Below are positions 48,766 through 62,044 of a DNA stretch of 64,000 nt, one piece after another. The DNA is from a virus. The translations under genes were made by a program, and so were the position numbers. Each line of letters starts with the position of its first letter. The stretch's first letter is position 1. The stretch covers positions 32,001 through 96,000 of the IMG/VR virus record IMGVR_UViG_3300044701_002547; one strand, given 5' to 3'. The notes under the pieces were generated by a model that was not told where the DNA came from, did not search any database, and saw only the letters and a list, made by a program, of their open reading frames with translations.

Positions 48766-49378
48766 TGTTTATGATGAATTTTTTTCTGAGGAAGATCACC
48801 AGTTTATATTCAACTATTGTGAAAATGCCTCATATTTCTATGGAGAAAAGGATAAGGAATATGATGGCCCATACTATGAAAATTATGAAAAAGATCTTGC
48901 GAAATATTGTACTGGATTAGTTCATGAAGTTTATTTTTATAGGGATGAACTAAATGAACTTCCTTCATATGAAGAAGTGTATTTGCCTGGTGGTGGATGT
49001 AATAAATTCATAAATCAAAGAAAATTCTTTGATTTATTTACTTTGGCGATAGAAAATAGATTTCCAATCTATAAACAAAAAGATGTCACTCGTGTGTACA
49101 TTAATTGTTTTGCCCCCTTAGAGAACCCATATTTTCATACTGATGGTGATATAGGTACAACATTTTTATATTATCCAAACAAAAGATGGGAATTGGATGA
49201 GGGGGGAGAAACTCAATTTTTTATTGATAATAGCATTTATGGAGTACCACCTATTCCAAACCGCCTAATTTATTTTGACGCTAATTTACTTCATAGGGCA
49301 ACTTCTTTTCGTAGCTCTCATAGATTTTCAATTGCCGTCAAGTATCAAATGCATGAAAGTCCCAATTGGAAAGATTGA
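48755..49378 (+). CDS. 2OG-Fe(II) oxygenase
   Basis: RVYINCF, FHTD, TFLYYP..W...GGET, PNRLIYFD..LLHRA, RFSIAVK. Confidence 0.85.
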   Translation: MTINVYDEFFSEEDHQFIFNYCENASYFYGEKDKEYDGPYYENYEKDLAKYCTGLVHEVYFYRDELNELPSYEEVYLPGGGCNKFINQRKFFDLFTLAIENRFPIYKQKDVTRVYINCFAPLENPYFHTDGDIGTTFLYYPNKRWELDEGGETQFFIDNSIYGVPPIPNRLIYFDANLLHRATSFRSSHRFSIAVKYQMHESPNWKD

Positions 49379-49462
49379 CCAAGACACTTTTTAAACTGGC
49401 ACATAGGAGATTTACAGAACCCAAATATTTTACTATAATACTAAGGTAATCCACAGAAATCC

Positions 49463-49764
49463 ATGAAGTACAACGTCATCTTCGTCGCTGGTAATCATCG
49501 TCTGACTGAAGAAGTTTATGCTAACAATCCTCGTGAGGCACAGGATGTCGTCAAGGCACGAAATCCTAATGCTCGTATCGTGAATGTGACTGCTGGCAAC
49601 AGTCGGTAAGAGATTTTCAAATGCGTTGTAAAGTTCAACTCTATGTTGCGGGTAAAGTCTTTGACGAAATCGTTGAAGCAAAAGATTATCAGGACGCAAA
49701 ACAAACTGCTCTTGCCCGCAATCCAACAGCAAAAGTAATTAGTGTAACTGCAATTTTCGGATGA
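49463..49764 (+). CDS. Two paralogous microproteins (49463-49609, 48 aa; 49621-49764, 47 aa)
   Basis: MKYNVIFVAGNHRLTEEVYANNPREAQDVVKARNPNARIVNVTA versus MRCKVQLYVAGKVFDEIVEAKDYQDAKQTALARNPTAKVISVTA. Confidence 0.7.
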
Positions 49765-50790
49765 ATATTCAAAACGAAAGTCTCTTGAATCCTAAACCAG
49801 GAGACCCAAACGGTTATGTGACCAAAGATTTAAAGTGGGCAGCAGTTCCTTGGGGAACTCAGTTTATCGTGATTTGTAATGGGCAGCAGGTTCATACTGC
49901 TAAGACACTCACACTTGCTAAAGAGTACATTAAAAAGAAGGTTCAACAAACTCCAAGAAAAAGAAAGACCACTTCAAGTCTTGAGTCATATTTAACGGAT
50001 TCTAAACCTGATTAAATACTAATAGCATAAAAAAAATATGACAGAAGAAACTCAAATTGATAAGTGGAATCGCGGTCTTACACTCTTTGAAGAAAGTGTA
50101 TTGAAACCAGATCACGAACTTCGTAATTGCGCTCATAATCAAAAGTGCTATCACGAACTGATGTATATTCGTGAGAATGTGCTTCAATACCTTAAAACAC
50201 TGAGAAAATGACTTCCACTTATGTTTATCTGCTAATCTTTGTTTGTATAACGTACTTGATTGCAACGGACGAAAGTATTGCAAAGGCAGTTTATTTGAGT
50301 TCTCAACTTGCAAAATTTCAGTTTGAGAAGTTTAAGTGGTGGATTCGCTACTCTCCAGATAATCCTATTGTTCGTTATTTAATGTGGAGACGAGCATATA
50401 AACTTGCAAAAGAATTGAGAGACGAGTTAGAATCAAATGCTAAATAACCCAATATGGAGACTACATATGCTCTCTACTCAATACCGATTAAGACTTGAAG
50501 AAATCTGTAGTCGTATTGCCAAGCACGAAGCAGTCGGTCTGGAAGATATGATCTGGGCGGAAAAACTTGCAAAAGCAAATCAAACTGCAGCAAAGTTTCT
50601 TCGTCAGGCAAGAAGAAAAGCAGAAAATCCTGATATGCAAGAAGGAGATTTAGATGATTTCCTAAACCAACTTGATATTGGTGGATTGGGGCACGAAAGA
50701 TTTGGTAAAACTGGATTTGATAGTGTTGATGAGATTGTAGATTGGTTCAGCAGAGATGATGAGGATGGAGACTGGAGGAGAAGAGACTGA
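49761..50790 (+). CDS. Small hypothetical genes (49761-50015, 50038-50211, 50208-50447, ~50467-50790)
   Basis: Closely packed co-oriented ORFs. Confidence 0.6.
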
Positions 50791-51026
50791 TGCAAGCAGT
50801 ATTGTATTCTAAAGAAAAATGTCTGGAATGTGATAGAGCAAGATCACTTCTGGAAAGTTTAAATATTTCTCATTTAGAGTATAAACTTGGAAGAGATTAT
50901 AATGAGAAACAATTCTATGCTGAGTTTGGAGACCACGCAGAGTTTCCTCAGGTAGCGATTGACTATAAGCATATTGGAAGTCTTAAGGAGACGCTTCAGT
51001 ATCTTAAAGAAAAGCAACTTATATGA
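50790..51026 (+). CDS. Second glutaredoxin-like protein
   Basis: CLEC, EFPQV.I...HIG. Confidence 0.8.
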   Translation: MQAVLYSKEKCLECDRARSLLESLNISHLEYKLGRDYNEKQFYAEFGDHAEFPQVAIDYKHIGSLKETLQYLKEKQLI

Positions 51027-51071
51027 CTTGACGAATAGCAAAAAGCACTCTATAATATCCGCATATACATT

Positions 51072-54000
51072 TTGATTATGGAATACAAACCCTATAGTGT
51101 GGAATGGAATCGGCGGAGGTATCTTGCCGAAGCAATTCAACAATACTTTGATACTGATGCTTCTGTAGATATTGTCCTAGACGATATTGTGAGTGTTCTT
51201 GAAGAGAATGTAGAATATCATAAGAGTCGTGCAGAAAGATTTCAAGAAGTATTGGATGGTTTGAAATCTCTTCCATACTAATAAGATGTGTTAAGAATTC
51301 CACACAGAACTCCTACATAATGCTAGAATAATGAGGTCATAAAAATGAGCGAAAATTCTTTGTTATGATATTCTTTGTGCGTGGAGGTATTATGCACAAT
51401 TTAATTTCTTACAATCAACTTGCTTCTTGGAACCACTTAGATCAAACAATAGATAAATTCATTGAGGAAACTGAAATTATTAACGATTACTATCAGTGTT
51501 TAATTGAGTGTAGTGATAATCAAGCAGAGTGTAAACGAATTTGTAAAGCAATATTGTCCTCCTAGACCAGTTTAGAAACCGTCCATCGACCCTTGACTTT
51601 CCCAGTCAGGGGTCTTATAGTATGTTCATTGATCCCGCAAAACCTGCATTATGTATTCCGCAAAAGTTACATTGAAGTATGATTCCGTTTGGGAACATAA
51701 AGGTGGCATCTACGATGATGAGATTCTTCCAGAGGAACACTATACTTTTCAGGTTCCTGCCGAAGACCTCAATGCCATTCAACTCTTTCAACTCTTTGAG
51801 AAGTTCTGTTATGCTATGGGACATAATGCTGATGGTATTGCCAAGGGTGCCGCATATGTCGCATTCAACGAAATGCGTACTGTAGAAGCGATGCGTAAGA
51901 CTGCCGAAGAGTATGACCTGATTCTGGCAGAGGATTATCACAAAAAACTTGTAGAGTATGATGCTCAACAGGATAAAGATATTAAAGAACTGGAAGCAGA
52001 AGTTCGTGACCTTAAGGCAAAACTCTCCCGTCTTGAGAATCTTGATAATCCTCAATATACTGATGAGGAAATGGATGCGATGAGTGCTGAATATATTGCC
52101 TGGAATAGTCTTATTCCTGGTAGTTATGCTGCTGTTGAAAATGGATGTAAGTGTCCTGTGATGGATAATGAAGAAATGCCAGACGATAAAAAATGGGTAA
52201 ATGGTGATTGTCCTCTTCACGGTAAAGTAAAATGAAACCAAACACATATGTAATTCTTGAGCGAGCAGTAGAAGAAGGAGCACTTCTCGGATATCGCCGT
52301 GCTTTCAAACACGTTGAAAATCCATCCGAGGGTGCTATAGTAGATGCGATCACAGAGGCAGTAATGCTCTCAGTGAGTGAAGTGTTTATGTTCTCTGATG
52401 TTTCTACTGGAGATAGTTATCAATGAATGATATACATTATGGTTGGGTTGTGAATACTCATTATGACTGGATGAATATGCTCGTCAAAATGAAAGAAAAG
52501 AAACCACATCGTTTTGAGGAGTTTCAGTATTCCAACGGCACTATTTACCACTACATAGATAGAATTCAACAAGAACAGAACTTATATGACTGAGAGAGCA
52601 TCGGAATTTATGAAATGTATCTGGGATGCCCGACAGATGGGAGCAGATACTGAAGAGAAACTTGTTGCATTTATTCTACGTTTAGCATCAGGACAAATCA
52701 AAAATTATACAGCACAAAATGATTTGATTGTGTTGGACCAAAAAGATATGATTGAACTTGCAAACGAAATTGAGAGCCTAAAATGAAACTCATTACATTC
52801 AAACATCGTGAAGATTTTGGGAACGAATACTATGTTCAGATTCTTCACAATAAACGCTGGGCACTTCTTCAAGCATCTGTAAGTTGGAATGATTATCCAT
52901 CTTGGCCTTATATTCAAATCAAATCAGGAACTGGTAGTACCTTGAGTATTCTGTTCTGGGCATATAAGTTTGGATTTGATATTGGAGTGATTGAACGCAC
53001 TTGGAATTGGAACCGTGATGAAGAAGATGAAACCACTACCTGATAAACTACAACTTGATATTATGTGGGCAGTCGCCACAAGTACCAGTATTGAAACTGG
53101 CATAAGACCCCACTACGGGTTCGCAAAGATGCTGTATGATGAACTCAACGACATTCAACCACCAGTAGGACTTGGAAATGAGAAAGGTCACAGTCAAACC
53201 TAAAAGCAGCAAGGCAAAGAACCGCCTTTTCAACATTATGGAAAACAATCCTGTCTGTACTGTGGAACAGGAATGTGATGGTGATTTGTTCCTTGTTTCT
53301 GAAAATCGTAAGTACAGTTTCTGGGTCAGTATTCGTACTGGAAGTAATCGTTTCGGTGACAAAACCTGTAAAGATTGGGAGATTATTGAGGAGGCAAACT
53401 AATGAGATTTCGTAACATAGAGTTCCGTTGGAGCACCTGTAACAAAAAGTATGAACTTATCCGTTGGTATAAGGCAGAAGTAGATGGTTGTGAGGAGAGA
53501 GAGTATTGTTATGTCGTTGCTTTCTTTGATAAAGAAAAAGAATATTACTCTATGAGAACCATAAGTGATAGATTCTTTGAGGATAAAGATGCCTTTGTAG
53601 TAGGTAAGTATGGTCTGGAGTTTCTAAATGCAATCTTTGAGATTGAAAGAATTGAAGAGGAACTGAAATAGGACACTTGAGAAACCGTCACAAGGGCACT
53701 TGAAAACAGTTGCTTTTTCTGTTATGATACTTTTATAGATAAAAAACAAATGACGATTTTTAGATACAAAAAAGACCAAAACCTTTATCTTCTTTACGAA
53801 CAGATGAGACCCTGTTATAATCTTGTAGCAGTTCCTTATTTTCCAAATCAAGGAGTTCTTGCTAAAAGTAAGAGGAATATTTCTATGGAAGATTTTATTG
53901 TGGTTGCTGAACGATGACTGACGAAGAATGGGAAACCGCACTCAAAAGTATGAATGAGGGTGTGAAAAAGTGGGTGGATGAAGAAATTGATAAAATCAAG

Positions 54001-57000
54001 TATAATATCATCAAAGACATTATTAATGAGGAAGTGAAATGACCTATAAGTGCCCAAGATGTATTGAAAGAGGACAAACTTGGAGTGGTGATGCTCCCAA
54101 GTGTGGTTTTGACGAGGACGGAAACTTCCTTGAAAACAACTGGAACTGTGCTACACTAAATGCTCTTCGTGAGATGGGAGAGGAAGGTAGAGTGTGGTGT
54201 GACGAACAGAATGTGACGATTATAAAAAGAGATGATGTTGGGCACGGTATTCTGTCTTGGTATAAAAGTCGTGGAGCAACTGATGACTTTCGTAATGGAT
54301 GGTTTGAGAAAGGAACACTTAAGTATGCCCAAGAACTTCTTGGTGATATTGAACCTGATTTAGGAGATTGGTGATGACTAAAGAAATTGAACTGCTAAAA
54401 CAAGAAATCAAAATGCTTCAAAGTAAGTTGGAGTTTTTGGAAGAGATTGAAACACATAAATCTCAACCAAGAATGACCCTTGAAAATACTGTTGAGGGTG
54501 AGATTGTCTCTTATAATGATGAGATTTATTATCGTCTGGAATATCCAACTGCTGTTATTTGGTATAAGAGAAAAGGAAATATTGCTGTTAATGCTAGTGG
54601 TGTGAAGTTGGTATGTGTTACTGACTTGGAAACTCATCGTCTTCTTGAAGGACTTTGGTTTAATGAGGTAAAACACGGAAAGTATCCTGATGAAGTAGAA
54701 TGTCCTGATGAACCAGAGTATTATGATGAAGTAGAATGGGATGAGAAAGATAATCCAAAACCTATGGATGATGTTGTGAATAGATTGGTGAAAAAATACC
54801 AAGCACAAAAACTCTGGAATAGGGTAAGAGATGAACTTGGATATTCTATTGATTTGTGTGATGAGATTGTGGATTTGGTGGAGGACTGGTTGCCGAAAGA
54901 ACAATCTGCTGCTGGGTCACAAAATGTAGATACTGAATTACTTGTAGATGGTTTCAATCACGCAATACAAAAAATGAAGGAGATGCTACGATGACTAAAC
55001 AATATCCAATACAAGACTGGGAGTTTGTTGAAGACATAGAAAATGCCTTCAATGAATGGTTTTATGGAAATCATACTGAATGGACTTGGACTGTTGAATG
55101 GTTTGCGGGAGACTGTTCTATTGAAGACCCAAAGACCCGTGAAGACCTGATGAGAAAATGGGTGTATGCTGCGTTTTATGAGGGTTTTATGCGAGGAAAG
55201 TATGCTAAAATAGAAGACCAAGTAGGATTGACGAACAATGACTGAGAGAACCGACGACTGGCGCACAATCTTTGGAGACCTCACAGATGCTGGAGTTTAT
55301 GAGATGTGTGAAATCAACGCATATAAATTAGCATCACACCTTGAGGAACTCTACCTGAAAATTGCCGAACTGGAGGCAAAGGTAAATGAGAATTGAAATT
55401 ACTTATACACCACATCCAACAAAAGGATACACGGCAACAATCTGGGATGGTCCTGATGGAATTGATGAAGACAGTTTCGTTTGTCGTAGTCTTGGAGAAT
55501 GTTTTGAGCAGATTGTAATGTGGAGAACACTTAACGCACAACAATACAAAGATGACTGAAGAATACGGGCACATTCCAGATGGGTTTATACTCAATCCAG
55601 AAGAAATCCAAGAACTCCGCAAACAAAAACACGAACTGACTGAATACGGCAAAGAGAAACTGAGGAAACTTATGAACCACGAAGAAATGCTTGAAGAGGC
55701 AGCACGAAGAGAGAGAAGTAATCGTGTGCTTCAACGATATAATGACTTCTACAATCTGGAATGTGCTGGACTACCTCACGGAACACCAATCACCCCAGAA
55801 CAACAACAAGCAATCACATTAGATTGTATGATTGCTGCTCTGCGGTGTGAGAACCTCAACCGTGAATATAATGAGATTGCGATTGCTGATATTGAGGACT
55901 TGATTGAAGGACTTTATCAACAAGGTAAAGATTATCTCCAAAGAGTAAAAGAATTCAAAGATAGTGCGGAGGGTGTAGCATAATGTTATCACCCGCAGAT
56001 AGAATTGTAGAAGCAACTTTAGCATATACTCTCCGTCCAAAAGGAAATGATAGGGAGAAAGTAATTGCTGCTGCTCTGGAGTTTGTAATTCACGAGTACC
56101 AAGATTATCGTGAGTTTGGATGTGGTGAGAGGGTTATTTCCTGTGCTGATTTATGGGAACTAATTGATGAACTGAGGGACACGGAGACACTTGAAGAACT
56201 GGCACAAGACCCCTCCACAGGGGCACCAGATGCCTTATAATACATAAGAACACACAGAACTCCAATGACTTTTCAACCTTACAATGTAGTTCCTGGAACT
56301 CAAATTGTTCATAGTACCACTGATGTTTATGAACTCACCGATGAGGCAGAAGGAATGATTTATCGGGTAGAACTCCAAGCAGATAATGTAGGAGTTTATA
56401 TCAAATCTGGGGAGCGAGGAATTGAAGAAGGTTCTAAAAACATCAGCGAAGATATGTCTATCGCAAACAAAGAACTTGCGATTGTTGTTGCTCGTCGTAT
56501 TCTTGAACTTTATCAGGCAAACTGAAATGAACCTCACAACCCGACAACTGAATATTCTTTCCATTTCTCTTACTATGTTTTATGATGAGGTTGCGAAAGA
56601 CGGAAGTAGTGCTAAAATGAAACAGGACATTAAGGAACTTCACAAACTGGTGAATGATGAGTTTGCTAAATCTTTTGCTAATTCACAATGAACGAACTAC
56701 AAAATGTTGATGAACTCTTCTTGGATAATGTGAGCGTTCATTATGAAGTAATGGGAGATGATGCCGTTTGGTTCTCATTTACACATCCAAACGGTCAAAT
56801 AGATCATTTCAACATCGTTCGCAAAGGTAAGAAACTTTCAACACTTTATAGTTGTAATACTGGAAATGTGAATGGTATGAATGTAGAAGAACCTACGATT
56901 GTTCCAGAGCATCGTTATTGAGGACACCTGATGACCTACGACCAACTCTATGATTATGTGGTGAAGTATGTTGCTTCTCCTCATACTACCATCACAGAAC

Positions 57001-60000
57001 ACGACCATCGCCGCACTTGTCTAATTCTTAGTGCATTTATGGAGTTTATCCTTGACTGTCAAGAGGAAGGTGTGGATGCGAATACTATTGACATCACTGA
57101 CTTTATACACAAAAAACTTGATGTGATTGAAGGAAAATGAGATTACCAAAATGGGTTATATCAATTCTGAATGGATTTGATAGCATCTATATTGCCATTA
57201 TGTTCCGTTTGGATTATAATGACAACATAGACCGTTGTGCCTTCTTTGAGGAACTCAATTATGGTTGGTGTCAGATGCAAGATGAATACTCAATGTCTCA
57301 ACCAAACTTTGACCCATATAATCTGTCGGGTAGAGACCCTTATTATTCTTATGTGATGAGTAAGAAATGAACCTACCAACATTCATAAACAAGTGGATAA
57401 TCGGATTTAAACCGATTAAGTACTCAAGTTTCTGGTGGTGGTATCGTTTGATGTCTCACGAAGGATTTCGGTTTGATGATTATCATATCTGGGGAGAGTT
57501 TTGGCACTCTCTGAATGGTGGATGGTTGGATATGAACTATCAATGGGAGTTTGAAAAGTTCTGGGGTAAAGGTGCCAAACCTGAAAGAATTGTATTACCT
57601 GCAAAGGACTTTGATGCACTTGTAGAACGCTTGAATGAACCGCCAGATCCTGCTATAATGGAAAGGTTCAGAGAAATACTAAACAAAAAAGCACCTTGGG
57701 ATGTAGAAGAATGAAACAAACAATCAAAAACTTATGGGAAAGATTTGTAATTCATAAGTATGTCTTTGCTGGACTTCAATGGGGAAATAATACTTCTTTT
57801 GGGTATAATGAAAATTGGAAAAGAATGGAGTATTGGGAAACCAAATATAAAGAACTTGGATATGTTCCTGTAAGTTATGATGTTTGGGTTTCTTGTAGTC
57901 AATATCAATCAAAATTGAGGATGAAAAATGAGCAAAATTGATTATTACCGTACTGTACTGTCTGGTATTGTGATTGGTGTGGTGTTGATTAGTGGATTTT
58001 ATATCTTCACGACAGAAGATAAACCACCAACACCAGAATCAAACTTCACGGTGGTTGATAAGTATAAAGGATGTGATGTGATACGCTGGAATCATAATCA
58101 ATTTGCCGAATACAAATACTTTTTATACTGTGATAAAAAATGACCGAAGAACAAAAAGCACTATTGGAAATGGTCGCAGAAGAACTTGGTGGTAAGTTAG
58201 AATATTGGGTTTGTGCCGACAAGTTTAATAGTTCTCGAAAAATTATAATTGAATATGATTTCCAAAGAAAAGGCACAAATCTATCATAATATATGGTCTT
58301 GTGCATATCGAAGAAGGTACAACGCAAAAATGAAATGTGATTGGAACTCATATGATAGAGAACAAGAAACTATCCTAATGTGTTTGAACATGAAGAATGC
58401 CAAGTGGTGGAAATTTGAGAGTGAGAAATGACTGAGACCTTTACACAAACGTCAAATATGCCCTATAATAGGCATAGATACAAATTAGTCTATGAGAACC
58501 AAAAATCTATAATCTTTGAAGATTATGAAGACGTACAACTTGCGTGGTTTCAAACTGCTTCACAATTTCTAAGTCACATTGAAGTTTTAGACAAACCAAC
58601 AAAATCAAAAGGATTTAAGTAATGCTTAGCAGACCTCTTTTAGGAACCGATAAAAAGAAAACCAAATTAAGTTGGTTGGAGTATATCTGGTTTTCTTGTA
58701 TCATTCAAGGATGGTATAATTGCTGGTATGCTTTTAAGAATTGGGGCGACTTGATGGGCAATAACTATCAAGAATATGCACTTCTTATATCTGACGACCC
58801 ATTAGAGCAATGTGCTATTTATTTTTGGGATAGTTTGGAAGACGACATTTATCCTAAAGAGTTTCTTGAAAGTCTGATGCAAATGGCAGATGATGTGGAA
58901 ACTGGTAAAGTTAAGACATATCCAATGGACGAAGTTATGGATAGAGTGAAAAACCTTGTGGGTGATATGATTGATGATGTAAATTTGAATGAGGAATTAA
59001 ATGAAGATGACGACTGTTGAAGAGTTCCCTTACGACCAATTCCCCTGGAAGTTGGTTTATAAGGATGGGAAAGAAGTACGGAAGTGTTATTTTGAGTGTG
59101 AATCACACCGCAAAAAACACATTGAACGTTATGGATTAAAAAAGAAAGATATTAAACTCAGCTACAAATTTGAGGTAAAAGAATGACTGAAAGAACTTAC
59201 AAAGATAAAAACAACAATGATTGGTATTGGGAGGAAACTCCAGAAACTATCGAGGCACTCAAACAACTCCATCAAACTGTAAAGGAAGTAAATGAACGAA
59301 AGGAAACTAATTGACGACTGCTTTTTTATTGAACAAAAGAAATGGGGAACTTGGGACTCTTATGATAAAGAAGGAAAGTGTATTATCACATCTCTCACTG
59401 AAAACGAATGTATCAATGCTACCCGTTTTTATCTTAAAGGACGGCAGGAGGGTTTCACTGAATCCAGATCTTATGAAGGTGAAGTAGGTGGAAAACTCTG
59501 AGTTTCCTTATCATACTTTAGATCCTACTACTCCTTGGTATGAGTTTCTTCAGTATTGTGAAATCTGCCATCAGTTGAATGTTCCAAGACAACCATCTGT
59601 TGGTAGGTTTTATGCTTATCGTCGTTATTTAAAAGAAGTTGGAGTATTGTAATGACTAGTACTAATTGGTTTCAAAAAAAGTGGGGATATTCAGAAGTTC
59701 CTACTGATATTTTGTTCAGGAAAATAGAAGAACTTGAGCAAAAAATTGTAAAGTTGGAAGAAGAGAATATTGAAACCACTAATACTCTCTATGAGATTAT
59801 GAATTCGGTTGATGCTGTGGATGCTCGTATAGATATTCTTGCAGAGCACTGTAGGATTTCTGGAGATGTATGACGATTTAGATACCTTTGAAAAAGCATT
59901 ATCACACTTTGGAACAAGAGTAGATGTTATATGTGCTATGGAAATGGGAGGCAAAATAAATGCTGAAATTGCTTATCAAAATATTAAGCTTGAACTCAAA

Positions 60001-61721
60001 GAACTCAAAAAAGCAAGAAAAAAATATAAAAAGGATCTGTAGTAAGTGTGGTGAGGAAAAACCACTTGACAAAGAATACTATCAGGTTATAAAATCATTT
60101 AGAGAAGGATTTAGTTTTTATTGTAATGAGTGCAACAAACCAAAAGGAAGAGATTGATTCTCTTAGATTTACAAAGAACGAAGACGGTTCTTTTTCAGTG
60201 GAATGGGACCCACAAGACCCGAAATGGAGTTTCCTTAACAACTTGACTTCAAAGGAAATCCAGATTATAATGGCACAAGCAATTCAAGAATTTACCAATG
60301 GCATTTGATTACAAAGAATACTCTTTGAATAAATTGGAAGAATGGTTGCACGATTGCTTGAGTGCAGCAGAAGCATCGCCACAGGAAATTTACGATAAAA
60401 TCAAAGAAGTAGTCCGAGAAGAATACTATTACTACAAAAATGGTGCTTCTAGGACGAATGAACTTCTCCAACTTCTGAATGGAACCGTACAGTTTCATAT
60501 TGATCCAGCAGGAAATCAAGTTCAATGTTCTGTTGAAGATACCTCAGAATATTGTAAAGGTGCCTGGAATAGTTTTTGGGAGAATGAAGAAGTAAAAGAT
60601 GATGGTATGCGTCCTTGGGGACATAGTGATATGGAATATCTTATAGCAAATAACAAGGATAAAGTAGTCAAATGGCAACTTCCAGTAGAATTGGATGATA
60701 CGAATGATGAGTATTTTGTATGTTTCCCAGATGACTTGTTAGAAGCAGCAAATCTTAAGAAAGGTGATGCGGTAGAGTGGGTGGATCGAGGAGATGGAAG
60801 TTATTTACTTAAAAAGGTGGAAAATTAATTATGGCATTATCACAATCTGTTGAAGAATCACTGAAAGAAGCAGAGGCATCTTTGCGTAATGCACTGGCAT
60901 ATGCTGCACGTCAAGAACGTCCAATGGTGTGTAGTGTGATTGCGGATATTATCTCACGTATTGAATCATTACAAACAACTGACAGTCTCCTAGATAAATT
61001 GGAAAACCGCAAACCAGGAGATGCTGGTTTCTTTGGAACAATGTTTGGAGAATAAACAATGACTGAAGAAAAACCAGTAGTAAGTTCAGAAGAATTACAA
61101 AAACCAAATAATCTTGGCAAGGCACTACAAGAATGGTGGGATTCTGACGCTTGCAAACAACTTCAGAAAGAAAATGAAGAAGCAAAGCAACGAGCAGTAG
61201 GAAAGTATTTTATGCTTTCTGAATCTGACAAACTTGATATGGTTCAAGCAATCTGTTATATTATGTGCAAGGCAGAAAGTGAAGGAACTTCTCATAGGGG
61301 ACTTCAGGATGCTTTAGGAATCTATCCTGCAGGATTCTGGGTGGATCATCTTATGGAGGTTCATAATTCCCTTTGGTCTTACTATCACGACCAAAAGAAA
61401 GAAAAAGAACTAAAAGATGATTTGGATGCTTTAGAAAAATTTACAGAAAACAAAAGAGATTATTAAGTTTCTACATAATAGTAAAGGATTTGTGTTAGAA
61501 TCCTAACATTCTAATTAATAGCGATGACACTTTCTAAAACAAGCACAGACTATCTTACTAGAGAAGAATGGAACGAACTGAATGCTTTAAGAGAGGCAAT
61601 TAATTACGATCCAAGTCAGGTTTGTCCTCAAAAAATGGAAAAATTTACCGAACTGTTTGTAAGGTCACTATATGGTAAAGGTGACTCTGTATCCTCACAA
61701 ACAGAACCAACAAATTATTAA
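51072..61721 (+). CDS. Array of about 40 small co-oriented hypothetical genes (accessory region)
   Basis: Dense + strand ORFs of ~40-210 aa with ATGA/TAATG overlaps (e.g. 51651, 54039, 54368, 55552, 56265, 58622, 61059); most functions not recognisable. Confidence 0.65.
57367..57714 (+). CDS. Protein with DUF1778/TacA antitoxin-like C-terminus
   Basis: ERIVLPAKDFDALVERLNEPPDP....FREILNKKAPWD. Confidence 0.5.
   Translation: MNLPTFINKWIIGFKPIKYSSFWWWYRLMSHEGFRFDDYHIWGEFWHSLNGGWLDMNYQWEFEKFWGKGAKPERIVLPAKDFDALVERLNEPPDPAIMERFREILNKKAPWDVEE
60298..60828 (+). CDS. Protein with C-terminal AbrB/MazE-type DNA-binding domain
   Basis: YFVCFPDDLLEAANLKKGDAVEWVDRGDGSYLLKK. Confidence 0.65.
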   Translation: MAFDYKEYSLNKLEEWLHDCLSAAEASPQEIYDKIKEVVREEYYYYKNGASRTNELLQLLNGTVQFHIDPAGNQVQCSVEDTSEYCKGAWNSFWENEEVKDDGMRPWGHSDMEYLIANNKDKVVKWQLPVELDDTNDEYFVCFPDDLLEAANLKKGDAVEWVDRGDGSYLLKKVEN

Positions 61722-61752
61722 AATAAATACTACAACTAATTTTATAAGTCCT

Positions 61753-61965
61753 ATGGACAATATCGACCAACATATTGAAAAAGATAAGCAAGTTCTCGAT
61801 GATCCCACTATCTCTCCGCAGACACGTCGGCACACTGCAGAAGAATTAGAAGCACTCAAGGCATATAAAGAACATCATCCAGAAGATACACACGATCCAA
61901 CACCTCTTGAACTGTACTGTGATTCACATCCTGATGCATTGGAATGTAGATTTTACGAAGACTGA
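61753..61965 (+). CDS. cp12: CP12 Calvin-cycle inhibitor
   Basis: RRH..EELE.L..Y...HP...HDPTPLELYCD.HPDALECRFYED; ATG at 61753. Confidence 0.93.
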   Translation: MDNIDQHIEKDKQVLDDPTISPQTRRHTAEELEALKAYKEHHPEDTHDPTPLELYCDSHPDALECRFYED

Positions 61966-62044
61966 GGACACTTTAACAACTGGCACACAGGGGGTTCTCA
62001 GGGCACTGGGGACCCCTTATAATATGAATAATTCAATTCAAACC

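Noticed and set aside
59960-60157. CxxC...CxxC zinc-finger ORF as a frameshift extension of the upstream gene
   Set aside because: A-rich overlap but no clear heptamer or hairpin; cannot be distinguished from an independent or decayed ORF.
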